DNA from: Pseudomonadota bacterium
GTDB taxonomy: Bacteria; Bdellovibrionota_B; Oligoflexia; Oligoflexales; CAIYRB01
DNA length: 31,748 nucleotides
Reading direction: 5' to 3'
Assembly: GCA_031416315.1 (NCBI GenBank)
Contig: JANOTL010000137.1
Span: 1-31,748, forward strand
In this document: in pieces, positions 16,606 through 25,383 of the stretch
Position numbering within the stretch: the first letter of the stretch is position 1
Layout: each line of letters opens with the position of its first letter
The notes under the pieces: model-generated
The model's input: the letters and a program-made list of their open reading frames with translations, nothing else
Databases searched by the model: none
Told to the model about the DNA's origin: nothing
Made by a program: the position numbers and the translations under genes

Positions 16606-18060
16606 ATGATCCGGTCGTCTCGCGTGTGGATCTTGCCGCTATTACTCCTCGGTGCCGGGCCCGCCCAACCCTCGGGGAGAGACCAGCTCGACGCGGCCGT
16701 CGCCGCCACGAAAGCCCGCCGTTACGACGAAGCGATCAAGCTACTCGACGACGCCGACCGGATCTTCGAGAAGAAAGACGAGCCCCAAGGGCGCGGCAAA
16801 GCCGCCTTTTACAAGGCGATCGTCTTGCAGCGGCAAGGCAAGTTCAACGACACGCTGTTCCAGTACGGACGCTCGCGCGAACACTTCCAGAAAGCCGGCG
16901 ACGCGACGCAGGCCGCGCGGCGGCTCCTCGACATCGGCAACGTCTACAAAGAGCTCCTCCTCGACTACGAGCGAGCGCTCGCCGCCTACGATGCGGCCTT
17001 GCGCGAGCTCGAGACGCAGCGCGACCTTGCCGGCATGCGCGACGTCGAGATCGACATGGGCAACCTCTTGATCGCGGCCGGCCGCATCGACGATGCCATC
17101 TCGCTCCTCCAGCGCGTCCGCATGAATACGCCGCGCGAGGAAGTGAAGCCCTGGGTACGCGTCTCCCAGATCCTTGCGAACGCGCACTACCGCGCCGGGT
17201 CTTACGACGTCGCGCGCGGGAACATCCTCGAAGCGCGCGAGGCGCTGGTGGCCATCGAAGTCGCGGTTGATCGCGCTTCCCTTGCCATCGATCTCACGAA
17301 CCTCGAAGCGCTGATCGAAGCCGAGCTCGGCAAGACCGACGCCGCGGTCAAAAGCTTCGAGGCGGCGCTCGCCGAGGCGAAAAAGTTCGAGCTGCGGCCG
17401 AAGCAGTCGATCGTCTTGAACAACCTCGGCTTCTGGCTGCGCGAGGCGGGACGCCATGCCGAGGCGACCGATCGCCTGCGTGCCGCGCTGGCGATCGACG
17501 AGGCCTTGCTCGCCGACGAAGGCGTCGCCTACGACCAAAGAAATTTGGCGCTCGCGCTCTTGGCGGATCACAAGGCGCCGGAGGCGAAGCCATTGCTCGC
17601 GACGGCGCTCGCGACCAGCACGCGGCTCGGCATGGCGCACAACACCGCCTGGTGCCGCGTCGGCCTGGGCTCGGTCGCGCTGGCAGAGAGCGACCATGCC
17701 GCCGCGATCACGCTTTTTCAGGGCGCCTACGAGAGCGCCATCAAGCTCCCGCTCCCCGATTTGGCCTGGCGCGCAGCGCATGGCCTCGCGACGGCGTCGC
17801 TCAGGATGAAAAAGCAGGACGAGGCATTCAAGGCCTTCGAGAACGCCCTGGCGGAGATCGAAGGTATCGAGGAACGCCTGGGTTCGGACGCCGCGCGCAA
17901 GGGCTTCAAGACGCGGGCCTCGATCCTCGCGGTCTTCCGCGACTACGAGAAAGCGCTGCGCGAGGCCAACGCCACGCTCGAAGCGGAGCGCGTCCGGAGC
18001 CGCTCGAATCCGCGACTCGTCCTGCGGCAGCGCGGCGAAGACGAAGGATCCGCGCCATGA
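16606..18060 (+). CDS. Exported tetratricopeptide-repeat protein, 484 aa
   Basis: Signal-like N-terminus; successive ~40-aa TPRs (LLDIGNVY, VLNNLG, QRNLA, RVGLG); GGAG SD. Confidence 0.88.
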   Translation: MIRSSRVWILPLLLLGAGPAQPSGRDQLDAAVAATKARRYDEAIKLLDDADRIFEKKDEPQGRGKAAFYKAIVLQRQGKFNDTLFQYGRSREHFQKAGDATQAARRLLDIGNVYKELLLDYERALAAYDAALRELETQRDLAGMRDVEIDMGNLLIAAGRIDDAISLLQRVRMNTPREEVKPWVRVSQILANAHYRAGSYDVARGNILEAREALVAIEVAVDRASLAIDLTNLEALIEAELGKTDAAVKSFEAALAEAKKFELRPKQSIVLNNLGFWLREAGRHAEATDRLRAALAIDEALLADEGVAYDQRNLALALLADHKAPEAKPLLATALATSTRLGMAHNTAWCRVGLGSVALAESDHAAAITLFQGAYESAIKLPLPDLAWRAAHGLATASLRMKKQDEAFKAFENALAEIEGIEERLGSDAARKGFKTRASILAVFRDYEKALREANATLEAERVRSRSNPRLVLRQRGEDEGSAP

Positions 18061-20315
18061 TGCGCGCCTTTGCGACCTTCGCCTTCGTCTTCCTCGGCGC
18101 CTGCCAGTCCGTGCCGAAACCGCGCGCGCCCATGCGGCCCGAGGCGCTCTTCAAGTTCGTCCGCCCAAAGATCGTCGAGCTGATGACCGACGATCGAACC
18201 AAAGGCCTAAAGGACTTACGGAAGTACGCCGGCCTCGGCGACAAGGATTTCAACTTCAAGCGCGGCTTCTGCACCGGCTTCATCGTCGATGAGGACGTGG
18301 TGCTCACCGCGCATCACTGCGTCCAGAACTTCGTCGAGGTCGTGACTGGCTTCGTCATCAAGACGAGCGACGGCAAGCAATTCGCCGTGAAGCGCCTTCT
18401 CGGCGTCGATCTCGCACACGACGTCGCGGTCCTCGAGGTGAAGGGCCTCAAGAAGTACGGCAAGCTCGACCTCGCGGTGAAGGCGCCGATCGGCGCGAAA
18501 GTCTACACCGTCGGCAACGTTCTGGGCGAAGGCATCGCCATCCGCGACGGTCTCATCTCGTCGGTGTCGGACGATCCCGACAAGCCCGAGCTGAAGTTCC
18601 TGCGCTACTCCGCGGCCGCGAGCCCCGGCAACTCCGGCGGCCCCCTGGTGGACGCGCGCGGCGACGTCGTGGCGCTCGTTTTCGCCAGCGCCAATCGCGC
18701 CGAAAACAATAACATCGGCGCGCTCAGCACGGACCTGCGCAAGATACTCAAGCGCTTCGCGGAGAACCGCAAGACGAAGACCGTGAGCCTCGCCGGGGAC
18801 GACCACCACTACTTCCAGCCGGCCCACGCCTACCGCATGCTCGGGATTCCGGTGCCGGGGCCCTGGACGCGGGACCCTGAGGTGGTGAAGTCGCTCGCCG
18901 CCCTGAAATTCAGCGTCAAGTTCCCGCTCGGGCTCGAGCCTTTCGTCGCCGCCTCGGCCAACGGCGCGAACCAGGCCGCAACCGAGGCGCGCGCCCTAGC
19001 CGGCAAGCTCGCCGCCAAGCGCATCGATCCGAAGAAGCTCTGCTCCTGCGAGCGCACGTGGGAAGAGGCCGCGACCGACAAGATGCCGCTCGTGATCCCC
19101 TCGCAGGTCACGCGCGATTTCGAGTACCTCGAGCTCGATGCGAGCGCGCGCCGACCCGTGCCGACGGTCGCCTTCGTCACGCCGCCGGCCGATCTCGGCG
19201 CCTCCACGGATCTGATCGCCTCGATCTTCGCGGCGGCCGGCCTAGGCGACGTCTCCGCGTTGCTCGAGGCGCAAGGCTCCGGCGCGGCCGACGTCGAGGC
19301 GCGCCTCGTCCCGACGCGGGCGGAAACGCCGAAGCGGCTTAGGCTCGCGGCAACCGACGCCTTCTTCAGCTCGGTGCCGCGCAAAGCGCGCATGCGCCTA
19401 TCTTCCGTCGCCTATTCGAGCTGGCTTTTCGGCAAGACCGGTGCCAAGCCGGCGCAAGGCTGGGCGACCCTGCGCCAGCCCGCCTCGGCCGAGCTCCTCG
19501 GCGCGATCGGGGGCGACTTTGGCCTCAGCTTCGAAAGCAGTCACCCGCTAGTGCGGCCGAAGGCGCGGCGCGAGTTTTACATCGAGAGGCTCGACGAGAA
19601 GCTTGCGAAGGACGAGGTCAAAGATCCGCTCGGGCGCACGTGGACGGTTTTCCATACGACGATGTTCGACGAGATGACGGTCGAGTCCTACTGCTTGCCT
19701 TTGCCGCAAGGCTGGAGCTGCCTGGTCAGCGGCTCGCCGGCGACCGACGCGGCGCTCCTCAAGGTCGCCCGCGAAAACACGGTGCGCTACACTTTGGCGA
19801 AGCTCCTCGTGCAGCCGGCGTTTTGGGACGTCGACTCTTTGCTCGATTTCGCCAAGAGCGGGCACGCGGCCACCGACCCGTTGATGCGGGATTTCGAGAT
19901 CAGCAAGACCTCGCTGAAGCTGAAGACTCTGGGCATTGAGCTGAGCTGGCCCGCGGGGCTCGCGCCCAGCGCGGTGCGCCTTTCGACCGGGCTGCAGAGA
20001 ACCGGCAAGACGACGCGATGGGTGGCGCTCGGAGCCGAAGGGGTCGTGAGCGATAAGGACGGCCCGAAGCTCTGCGGCATGGGCGTCGAGCTCCCGGGCA
20101 CCGACGCGGTGGCGCTCCTGCGGCTCGAGAAACGACTGGCCGGGACCGGCGGCACACCGGCGCCGGGGCGCCTCCATCGCACGCCCCTGCCGAAAGGCGT
20201 CTCGGCGTATGGCTGGTGCGCGCCGCTCGCCGAGCCCTACGTGAAGAAGAAGAGCGTAAGGGTGCCGCGCTACGAACGCCTCGCGGCCTATCCGATCACG
20301 GCGCGCGCGCTTTGA
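18057..20315 (+). CDS. Trypsin-like (S1) serine protease lipoprotein with a large unknown C-terminal region, 752 aa
   Basis: Lipobox LGAC; triad LTAHHC / HDVAVL / PGNSGGP; ATG at 18057 overlaps the TPR stop (ATGA); track extension to 17652 is a shadow frame. Confidence 0.9.
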   Translation: MMRAFATFAFVFLGACQSVPKPRAPMRPEALFKFVRPKIVELMTDDRTKGLKDLRKYAGLGDKDFNFKRGFCTGFIVDEDVVLTAHHCVQNFVEVVTGFVIKTSDGKQFAVKRLLGVDLAHDVAVLEVKGLKKYGKLDLAVKAPIGAKVYTVGNVLGEGIAIRDGLISSVSDDPDKPELKFLRYSAAASPGNSGGPLVDARGDVVALVFASANRAENNNIGALSTDLRKILKRFAENRKTKTVSLAGDDHHYFQPAHAYRMLGIPVPGPWTRDPEVVKSLAALKFSVKFPLGLEPFVAASANGANQAATEARALAGKLAAKRIDPKKLCSCERTWEEAATDKMPLVIPSQVTRDFEYLELDASARRPVPTVAFVTPPADLGASTDLIASIFAAAGLGDVSALLEAQGSGAADVEARLVPTRAETPKRLRLAATDAFFSSVPRKARMRLSSVAYSSWLFGKTGAKPAQGWATLRQPASAELLGAIGGDFGLSFESSHPLVRPKARREFYIERLDEKLAKDEVKDPLGRTWTVFHTTMFDEMTVESYCLPLPQGWSCLVSGSPATDAALLKVARENTVRYTLAKLLVQPAFWDVDSLLDFAKSGHAATDPLMRDFEISKTSLKLKTLGIELSWPAGLAPSAVRLSTGLQRTGKTTRWVALGAEGVVSDKDGPKLCGMGVELPGTDAVALLRLEKRLAGTGGTPAPGRLHRTPLPKGVSAYGWCAPLAEPYVKKKSVRVPRYERLAAYPITARAL

Positions 20316-20466
20316 TCGGCGCCTCCGAGCTCTCCCTGATGTTACAGGCAAGACCGAGGCAGACTAGCAAACCTAAGATAGACTTCATGGTGGGTGCGCT
20401 CCAACCGAAGGGATCGGTCCATAGCGCTCCGCACTTCTCACAAACCGTCTCAGGGTGGCTCTGATC

Positions 20467-21501
20467 ATGGAAGCAACTGCCGAGAAGGTCTGCTCAAAAT
20501 GCGCGCGTGTTTTTCGCGGAGCCGGCGACTTCGCCCTCGACACGACCGGCTGGCATTACTGCTCGGCCGGCAATCTTTGGTTTCAGTGCAACTGCGGCCA
20601 CCTGCTCATGCTGACGAAGGGCCGTTACGATTGGTTCACTCCCGAGCTCTTTCTGCGGCCCGAGGCGATCGCGACGTTCCGCGCCTTGTCGAAGACCAAC
20701 GCCTTGCCGCACGTGCCGGCGGGTGTGAAGGAGCTGCAGCTCGTCGTCGCGGACGAGAAAGCGCCGCCGGCGAAGCTCGCCGCGGCAGTGAAATCCGCGC
20801 CACTCATCGCCGTCGAGGTCCTTCGGCACGCCAATGCGCTGAAGCCGATGGCCGGCGCCGCCATCTCGAGCCTCGAGCACGCCGTCGTTTACGTGGGACG
20901 CACGCAAATTACGGCGCTGGCGCAGCTCGCGTCCTTGCGCACGTTCCGCTTCAAGACGAAGGAATTCACCGCCGACGCGTTCTGGCGCGACGCCTCGCGC
21001 TGCGGCCGCATCGCGGAGACTTTGGTACGCCGGCACGCGCCGCACGTCGCCACCGACGAAGCCTACCTCGGCGCTTGCATGGCGAACCTCGGCAAGGTCG
21101 TCGCCGCGATCTGTTATCCGGAGAAGACCGACGAGGTCCAAAGGCTCGTTTCCGCCTCGAAAAAGCTGCCGAGCTGGCGCGAAGCCGAAAGGCAATGCGG
21201 CGCCGTCGACCATACGCTCCTGGGGGAAATCGCCGCGGTCGTCTGGGGACTGCCGCGCTTCGTGAAAGAGGCGGCGATGCGGCACCACGACGTCGCGCGT
21301 GATCCGAAGGCGAAGGTGAACGCGCTCGACGTCGTCACGCTTGCGAACCAGCTCGTCCACTGGGTCGGGTTGGCGCCGAACCGGATCGATCAGGAGCTGA
21401 TGAAAGGCGCGGCGAAGCGGTTCGGACTCGACGAGAACGCGCTGCAGCTGGTCGTCGACGAGGTGATGGCGGCGGAGAAAAGAGCGGCCGGCGTTTCTTA
21501 G
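20467..21501 (+). CDS. HDOD-domain protein with an N-terminal Cys-rich putative zinc ribbon
   Basis: LP..P, P.IAVEVLRHAN, ISSLEHAVVYVG, FWRDA, NLGK, E....DHTLLG...WGLP...HH; N-terminal CSKC...C...CNCGH; alternative GTG start at 20455. Confidence 0.88.
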   Translation: MEATAEKVCSKCARVFRGAGDFALDTTGWHYCSAGNLWFQCNCGHLLMLTKGRYDWFTPELFLRPEAIATFRALSKTNALPHVPAGVKELQLVVADEKAPPAKLAAAVKSAPLIAVEVLRHANALKPMAGAAISSLEHAVVYVGRTQITALAQLASLRTFRFKTKEFTADAFWRDASRCGRIAETLVRRHAPHVATDEAYLGACMANLGKVVAAICYPEKTDEVQRLVSASKKLPSWREAERQCGAVDHTLLGEIAAVVWGLPRFVKEAAMRHHDVARDPKAKVNALDVVTLANQLVHWVGLAPNRIDQELMKGAAKRFGLDENALQLVVDEVMAAEKRAAGVS

Positions 21502-21510
21502 AGGGAGTCT

Positions 21511-21544
21511 AAAAAGGCGCGGGACGCAGGTTTACGGTCCCGCG
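21511..21544 (-). terminator. Candidate intrinsic terminator for the minus-strand iorAB-hydrolase transcript
   Basis: CGCGGGAC (21518-21525) pairs with GTCCCGCG (21537-21544); followed on the minus strand by CCTTTTT. Confidence 0.5.
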
Positions 21545-21550
21545 ATCCGC

Positions 21551-21647
21551 AACCGATAGCCGCGACCCGCGATCCGACGCCGGAGACCGCATCGGGAGCC
21601 GGATCCGGCGTCGGATCGCGGCTATCGGTTTCGGTTTCGGTTTCGGA
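21551..21647. repeat. Long intergenic palindrome with a hexamer tandem repeat
   Basis: 27-bp stem (21551-21584 with a 7-nt bulge, against 21604-21630) and (TCGGTT)x3 at 21625-21642. Confidence 0.8.
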
Positions 21648-21681
21648 TGGCGGCCGTAGTAGACGGCGACCGGCGCCTCGC

Positions 21682-22575
21682 TCATTCCCCGGTCCCGCCG
21701 GGGGCGAAGGCGTGCGCGAGGATCTCGAGGATCTTCCGGTGATGCATCCACGGAATCTCGTGGTCGACGCCTTCGATCGCCTGAAAATTGGCGTCGTACT
21801 GCGAGCCCGCGAGCGAGTCGGCGAAGGCCTTCGCCTGCTGGAGCGGCGCCGCGGTGTCGAGCTTCCCGTGGTAGATCGCGATCTTCTTCGGCAGGCCGGC
21901 GACGTCGTAGCCGATCGAGCGGTCCTCGAGCGCCTTGCTGCCGCCGGTCTTCTGGATCGTCTCGATGTCGGCTTTGATGTAGCCGTCCTGCGTATGCTTC
22001 AGCGTCTCCTCGAAGTCATAGACGCCGCCGCCCAGGATCATGAACTGGAAGCGCGGCGCGTGCTTCGCGAACAAGGCGGCGGCCGTGGCGCCGGTGGAGT
22101 AGCCCCAGATCCCGACCAAAGGCTTCGGCGGCTGCGCTGTGGCGAGCGCCCCCTTCAGGCCGGAGTCGAGGGCCGCCATCGACTGCGCCCCGGAGAAATC
22201 GGGCGTTCCCGTCGAGGCGCCGTAGCCCGGACGGTTGACCGAGATCACGTCGAAGCCCTGGCTGACGAAGCTCTGCGCGATCCAGCCTTGGCAGAAATCC
22301 GCGCGGTCGTAGCCGGCGCGGTCGCGGTGCATGACGAAGAGCGTCCCCGCCGGCTTCTTGCCGCGGCAGGCGATCCACTCCACGGACTCCTTCTTGCCGG
22401 TGAAATCGTAGGCCGCCATGCCGACGATCTGGTCGACCGGCACGGGCTTGAACTCGTCGACCGAGGTGTCGGTCAGTGTCAGCGAGTTCTTGTCGCCCTG
22501 GCCTCCCAGCGAGGCGCAGCCGGAAAAGGGCAGGACGAGGACGAGGACGGGAGCCAAGAGAATGAAGCGCGACAT
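21682..22575 (-). CDS. Alpha/beta hydrolase lipoprotein (S9 peptidase/esterase-like), 297 aa
   Basis: Lipobox FSGC; NRPGYGAS, WGYSTG nucleophile, HGKLD, GVDH; GGAG SD; 17 nt after the iorB stop. Confidence 0.88.
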   Translation of the reverse strand: MSRFILLAPVLVLVLPFSGCASLGGQGDKNSLTLTDTSVDEFKPVPVDQIVGMAAYDFTGKKESVEWIACRGKKPAGTLFVMHRDRAGYDRADFCQGWIAQSFVSQGFDVISVNRPGYGASTGTPDFSGAQSMAALDSGLKGALATAQPPKPLVGIWGYSTGATAAALFAKHAPRFQFMILGGGVYDFEETLKHTQDGYIKADIETIQKTGGSKALEDRSIGYDVAGLPKKIAIYHGKLDTAAPLQQAKAFADSLAGSQYDANFQAIEGVDHEIPWMHHRKILEILAHAFAPGGTGE

Positions 22576-22592
22576 GCGTGGTGACTCCTAGT

Positions 22593-24785
22593 TTAGCTCA
22601 GCCTTAGCGGCAGGCTGCGCAAGCGTTGACCGGTCGCGGCGAACACGGCATTGGCGACCGCGGCGGCAACCGGCGGCAAGCCCGGCTCGCCCACGCCTTT
22701 TGGTGCGGCCTCGCTCGGGACGACGTGGACCTCGATCTTGGGCACTTCGGTGAGGCGCAGCACGGGGAAATCGTGGAAATTGCTCTGCGCGACGCCACCG
22801 TCCTTGATCGTCACCTCGGCGCCCAAGGCGGCCGACAGCCCGAAGATGATGCCGCCGGCGATCTGCGCCTCGACGCCGTCCGGATTGATCACGCGGCCGC
22901 AGTCGACGGCGCAGACGATGCGGTGCACCTTGATCGACGTGCCTTCGACGGAGACCTCGGCGACCTGCGCCACGCAGGTCCCGAACGACGCATGTTGCGC
23001 CACGCCGCGAAAGACTCCCGCGGGTAAAGGCTTGGTCCAGTCGGCCTTGGCGACCGCCAGCTCCAGAACGCCTAGGCTGCGCTTGCGGTCCGCGAGCAAT
23101 TGCCGCCTGAGCGCCAGCGGCTCCTGGCCCGCGGCGTGCGCGATCTCGTCGAGGAAGCTCTCGACGACGAAGCCGGTGAAGGAGTGCCCAACGGCGCGCC
23201 AGAATCCGACCGGAATCGGGGCTTCCTCGTAGACGTAGTCGACGGCGAGCGCCGGGATGCCGTAGTCCATGTCCTCAGCGCCCTCGGTGGCGGTCGGATC
23301 CTGGCCGAACGCCTTGAAGATGCCGGAGACGGCGCTGCCGCCGGCGCCTTTCAGGCCCTGCGGCAACCACTGGGGCACGATGGCACGCATCCAGTCGCCG
23401 ACGGCCTGCGCGATGATCGACTGGCCGACGACGCATTGCGCCCAACCGGTGACGACGCCTTTCGCGTCGAGCGCCGCTTTCACGTGATGCACGGTCGCGG
23501 GCCGATAGAAGTCGTGACGCATGTCGTCTTCGCGCGTCCACTGCACTTTCACCGCCTTGCCGATGAGCTTCGAGAGCTCCACGGCCTCGACGACGTAGTC
23601 TTGGTACAGGCGCCGGCCAAAGCCGCCGCCGAGGTAGGTGGTATGGATCTTCACGCGCTCGTGGTCGAGGCCGGTGATCTCGGCGGCGAGCTGCTGCGCC
23701 AGTCCAGGGCCCTGCGTCGGCGCCCAAACCTCGCAGAGATCCTTCGTCACGCGCGCCGTGCAGTTGCCCGGCTCCATCGCAGCGTGCGCGAGGTATGGAA
23801 CGCGGTACTCGGCGAACAAAGTCTTCGACGCGCTCGTGAGGGCGGCGCCGGTCTTGCCCTTGCCGTCGAACTGGTCGGAGCGCGTCTTGGCGGAGGCGGC
23901 GAAGCGCTCCATCAACGCCTCGCTCGTGAGCTTGGCGTTCGGGCCCAGGTCCCAGTCGACCGTGACCGTCTCAGCCGCGGCCTTCGCCTGCCAGAAGCGC
24001 CGCGCGACGACGGCGACGCCGGTCGAGATCTGCACGACGTGCTCGACACCCGGCATCTTCAGCGCCGCCTTCGCGTCGAAGCTCTTCACCGTCGCGCCGA
24101 ACGCCGGCGCCCGCTTCACCAGCGCTACGCGCAGATCCGGCAGCGTCACGTCAATGCCGTAACCGGCCGTGCCAGTCGACTTCGCCGCCGCGTCGAGGCG
24201 CGCCATCGGCTTGCCGATGAGGCGGTGGTCCTTGGGGTCCTTCAGCTTCGGCTCTTTGGGGATCGGGAGCAGCGCCGCCGCGCGCGCGAGCTCGCCGTAC
24301 CCCGCGCTCTTCCCAGTTGCTGCGTGATAAACTGTTTTATGTTTAGTTTGACACGCGCTTGCCGGCACGCCCCAGGCCGCGGCGGCGGCGGCGATCAAGA
24401 GCTCGCGCGCGGCGGCGCCCGCCTTGCGCAAGGGCACCCAGGCGGCGGCGACGCTCGTGCTGCCGCCGGTCATTTGCATCCCGAGCTGCGGATTGACGTA
24501 GACCCGGTCGGCCGGCGCGAAGCGCACCTCGAGGTCTTTCAGGTCGACGTCGAGCTCCTCGGCCACGAGCGCGGCCAAGGCCGTCATCGTCCCCTGCCCC
24601 ATCTCGACGCGGTCCAGGACGAAGGTGATGACGCCGGTCTCTTCGATCGTGAGGAAGGCGCCTGGCTTGAAGCCCGCGAAGGGCGGCATCATCACCTTGG
24701 CCGAGGCGACGCCTTCGGCGCCGAGCTCGATGCCGAGCGCAAGGCCGGCGACGGCGGCTTGTCCCACGAACTCGCGCCGGTCCAT
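22593..24785 (-). CDS. iorB: Xanthine dehydrogenase-family molybdopterin subunit (isoquinoline 1-oxidoreductase beta-like), Tat-exported, about 730 aa
   Basis: Tat motif DRREF; EMGQG, TGGSTS, HAAMEP, LGGGFGRR, WTREDD, GFWRAV, ESFLDE, GVGEP; true substrate unknown. Confidence 0.92.
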   Translation of the reverse strand: MDRREFVGQAAVAGLALGIELGAEGVASAKVMMPPFAGFKPGAFLTIEETGVITFVLDRVEMGQGTMTALAALVAEELDVDLKDLEVRFAPADRVYVNPQLGMQMTGGSTSVAAAWVPLRKAGAAARELLIAAAAAAWGVPASACQTKHKTVYHAATGKSAGYGELARAAALLPIPKEPKLKDPKDHRLIGKPMARLDAAAKSTGTAGYGIDVTLPDLRVALVKRAPAFGATVKSFDAKAALKMPGVEHVVQISTGVAVVARRFWQAKAAAETVTVDWDLGPNAKLTSEALMERFAASAKTRSDQFDGKGKTGAALTSASKTLFAEYRVPYLAHAAMEPGNCTARVTKDLCEVWAPTQGPGLAQQLAAEITGLDHERVKIHTTYLGGGFGRRLYQDYVVEAVELSKLIGKAVKVQWTREDDMRHDFYRPATVHHVKAALDAKGVVTGWAQCVVGQSIIAQAVGDWMRAIVPQWLPQGLKGAGGSAVSGIFKAFGQDPTATEGAEDMDYGIPALAVDYVYEEAPIPVGFWRAVGHSFTGFVVESFLDEIAHAAGQEPLALRRQLLADRKRSLGVLELAVAKADWTKPLPAGVFRGVAQHASFGTCVAQVAEVSVEGTSIKVHRIVCAVDCGRVINPDGVEAQIAGGIIFGLSAALGAEVTIKDGGVAQSNFHDFPVLRLTEVPKIEVHVVPSEAAPKGVGEPGLPPVAAAVANAVFAATGQRLRSLPLRLS
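24320..24347 (+). other. dif-like XerC/XerD recombination site embedded in the iorB CDS
   Basis: CTGCGTGATAA-ACTGTT-TTATGTTTAGT has 11-6-11 geometry; right arm matches 9 of 11 positions of the E. coli XerD arm TTATGTTAAAT; left arm keeps only the inner ATAA. Confidence 0.5.
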
Positions 24786-24793
24786 CACCACGC

Positions 24794-25270
24794 TCAGCCC
24801 TTCTTCGCAGCGAGCGCGGCGGCCGCGCTGTGGATCGCGACCCGGATCTTCGCGTACGTGCCGCAGCGGCAGATGTTCCCCGCCATCGCGAAGTCGATGT
24901 CCGCATCGGTCGGCTTCGGGTTCTTGGCGAGGAGGCTCGCCGCGCCCATGATCTGTCCCGATTGACAGTAACCGCATTGCGCCACGTTGTGCTCGATCCA
25001 GGCCTGCTGCACGACGTGCAGCCCGGCCTGGCCCAAGCCTTCGATCGTCGTGAGCTCGGTCGTGCCGCTGCACCCGGCGACGGGCGTCACGCAGGACCGG
25101 ATCGCTTGGCCGTCCATGTGCACCGTGCAAGCGCCGCAAAGGCCCATGCCGCAGCCGAACTTCGTGCCGGTGAGCCCGAGCTCCTCGCGGATCACCCAGA
25201 GGAGAGGCGTCTCTGGAGGGACCTCGACTTCGCGCTTCTCGCCGTTGAGCCGGAAGGTCGAGGACGCCAT
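24794..25270 (-). CDS. iorA: (2Fe-2S)-binding small subunit (isoquinoline 1-oxidoreductase alpha-like)
   Basis: [46 protein letters not shown]. Confidence 0.94.
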   Translation of the reverse strand: MASSTFRLNGEKREVEVPPETPLLWVIREELGLTGTKFGCGMGLCGACTVHMDGQAIRSCVTPVAGCSGTTELTTIEGLGQAGLHVVQQAWIEHNVAQCGYCQSGQIMGAASLLAKNPKPTDADIDFAMAGNICRCGTYAKIRVAIHSAAAALAAKKG

Positions 25271-25383
25271 GTCTTGCCTTTTTGCGAGGTGATCCGGGAA
25301 TTTTGCCGAAGATCGGGGGGGAAAGCCATCGCTTTCGCGAGTGGGCTCGGAGCTAGTGGTTGATCGATTCGGCGCTTTCCCGC

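Noticed and set aside
17652..18056. N-terminal extensions in the ORF track (17652, 25139, 28408, 3358, 12330, 1005) suggesting fusions or frameshifts
   Set aside because: Each overlaps a neighbouring real gene or promoter, and downstream starts with signal peptides, SD sequences or coupling overlaps explain the genes better
21517..21570. GGGACGCAGG...GATAGCCG resembling a c-di-GMP-I (GEMM) riboswitch
   Set aside because: No GCAAA/GNRA P2 element, located between convergent 3' ends with no downstream + gene, and the bases are accounted for by two hairpins; an Infernal search would settle it
21509..21751. 80-aa ORF containing PKPKPKP
   Set aside because: Translation of the TCGGTT repeat and palindrome; overlaps the hydrolase gene
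24348..24353. TTGACA as an antisense -35 inside iorB
   Set aside because: No -10 hexamer at 16-18 nt (GC-rich CCCAGG region)
24592..24599. KOPS-like GGGCAGGG on the minus strand pointing toward the dif-like site
   Set aside because: Single instance inside the conserved EMGQG codons, so not independent evidence; I did not scan the window exhaustively
23100..24965. Long antisense and alternate-frame ORFs (also 2105-3208, 8161-9324, 13600-14673, 14677-15993, 27961-29373, 30784-31629 and others)
   Set aside because: They shadow motif-supported genes, are Arg/Pro/Ala-rich or mirror-frame products expected in high-GC DNA, and show no family motifs
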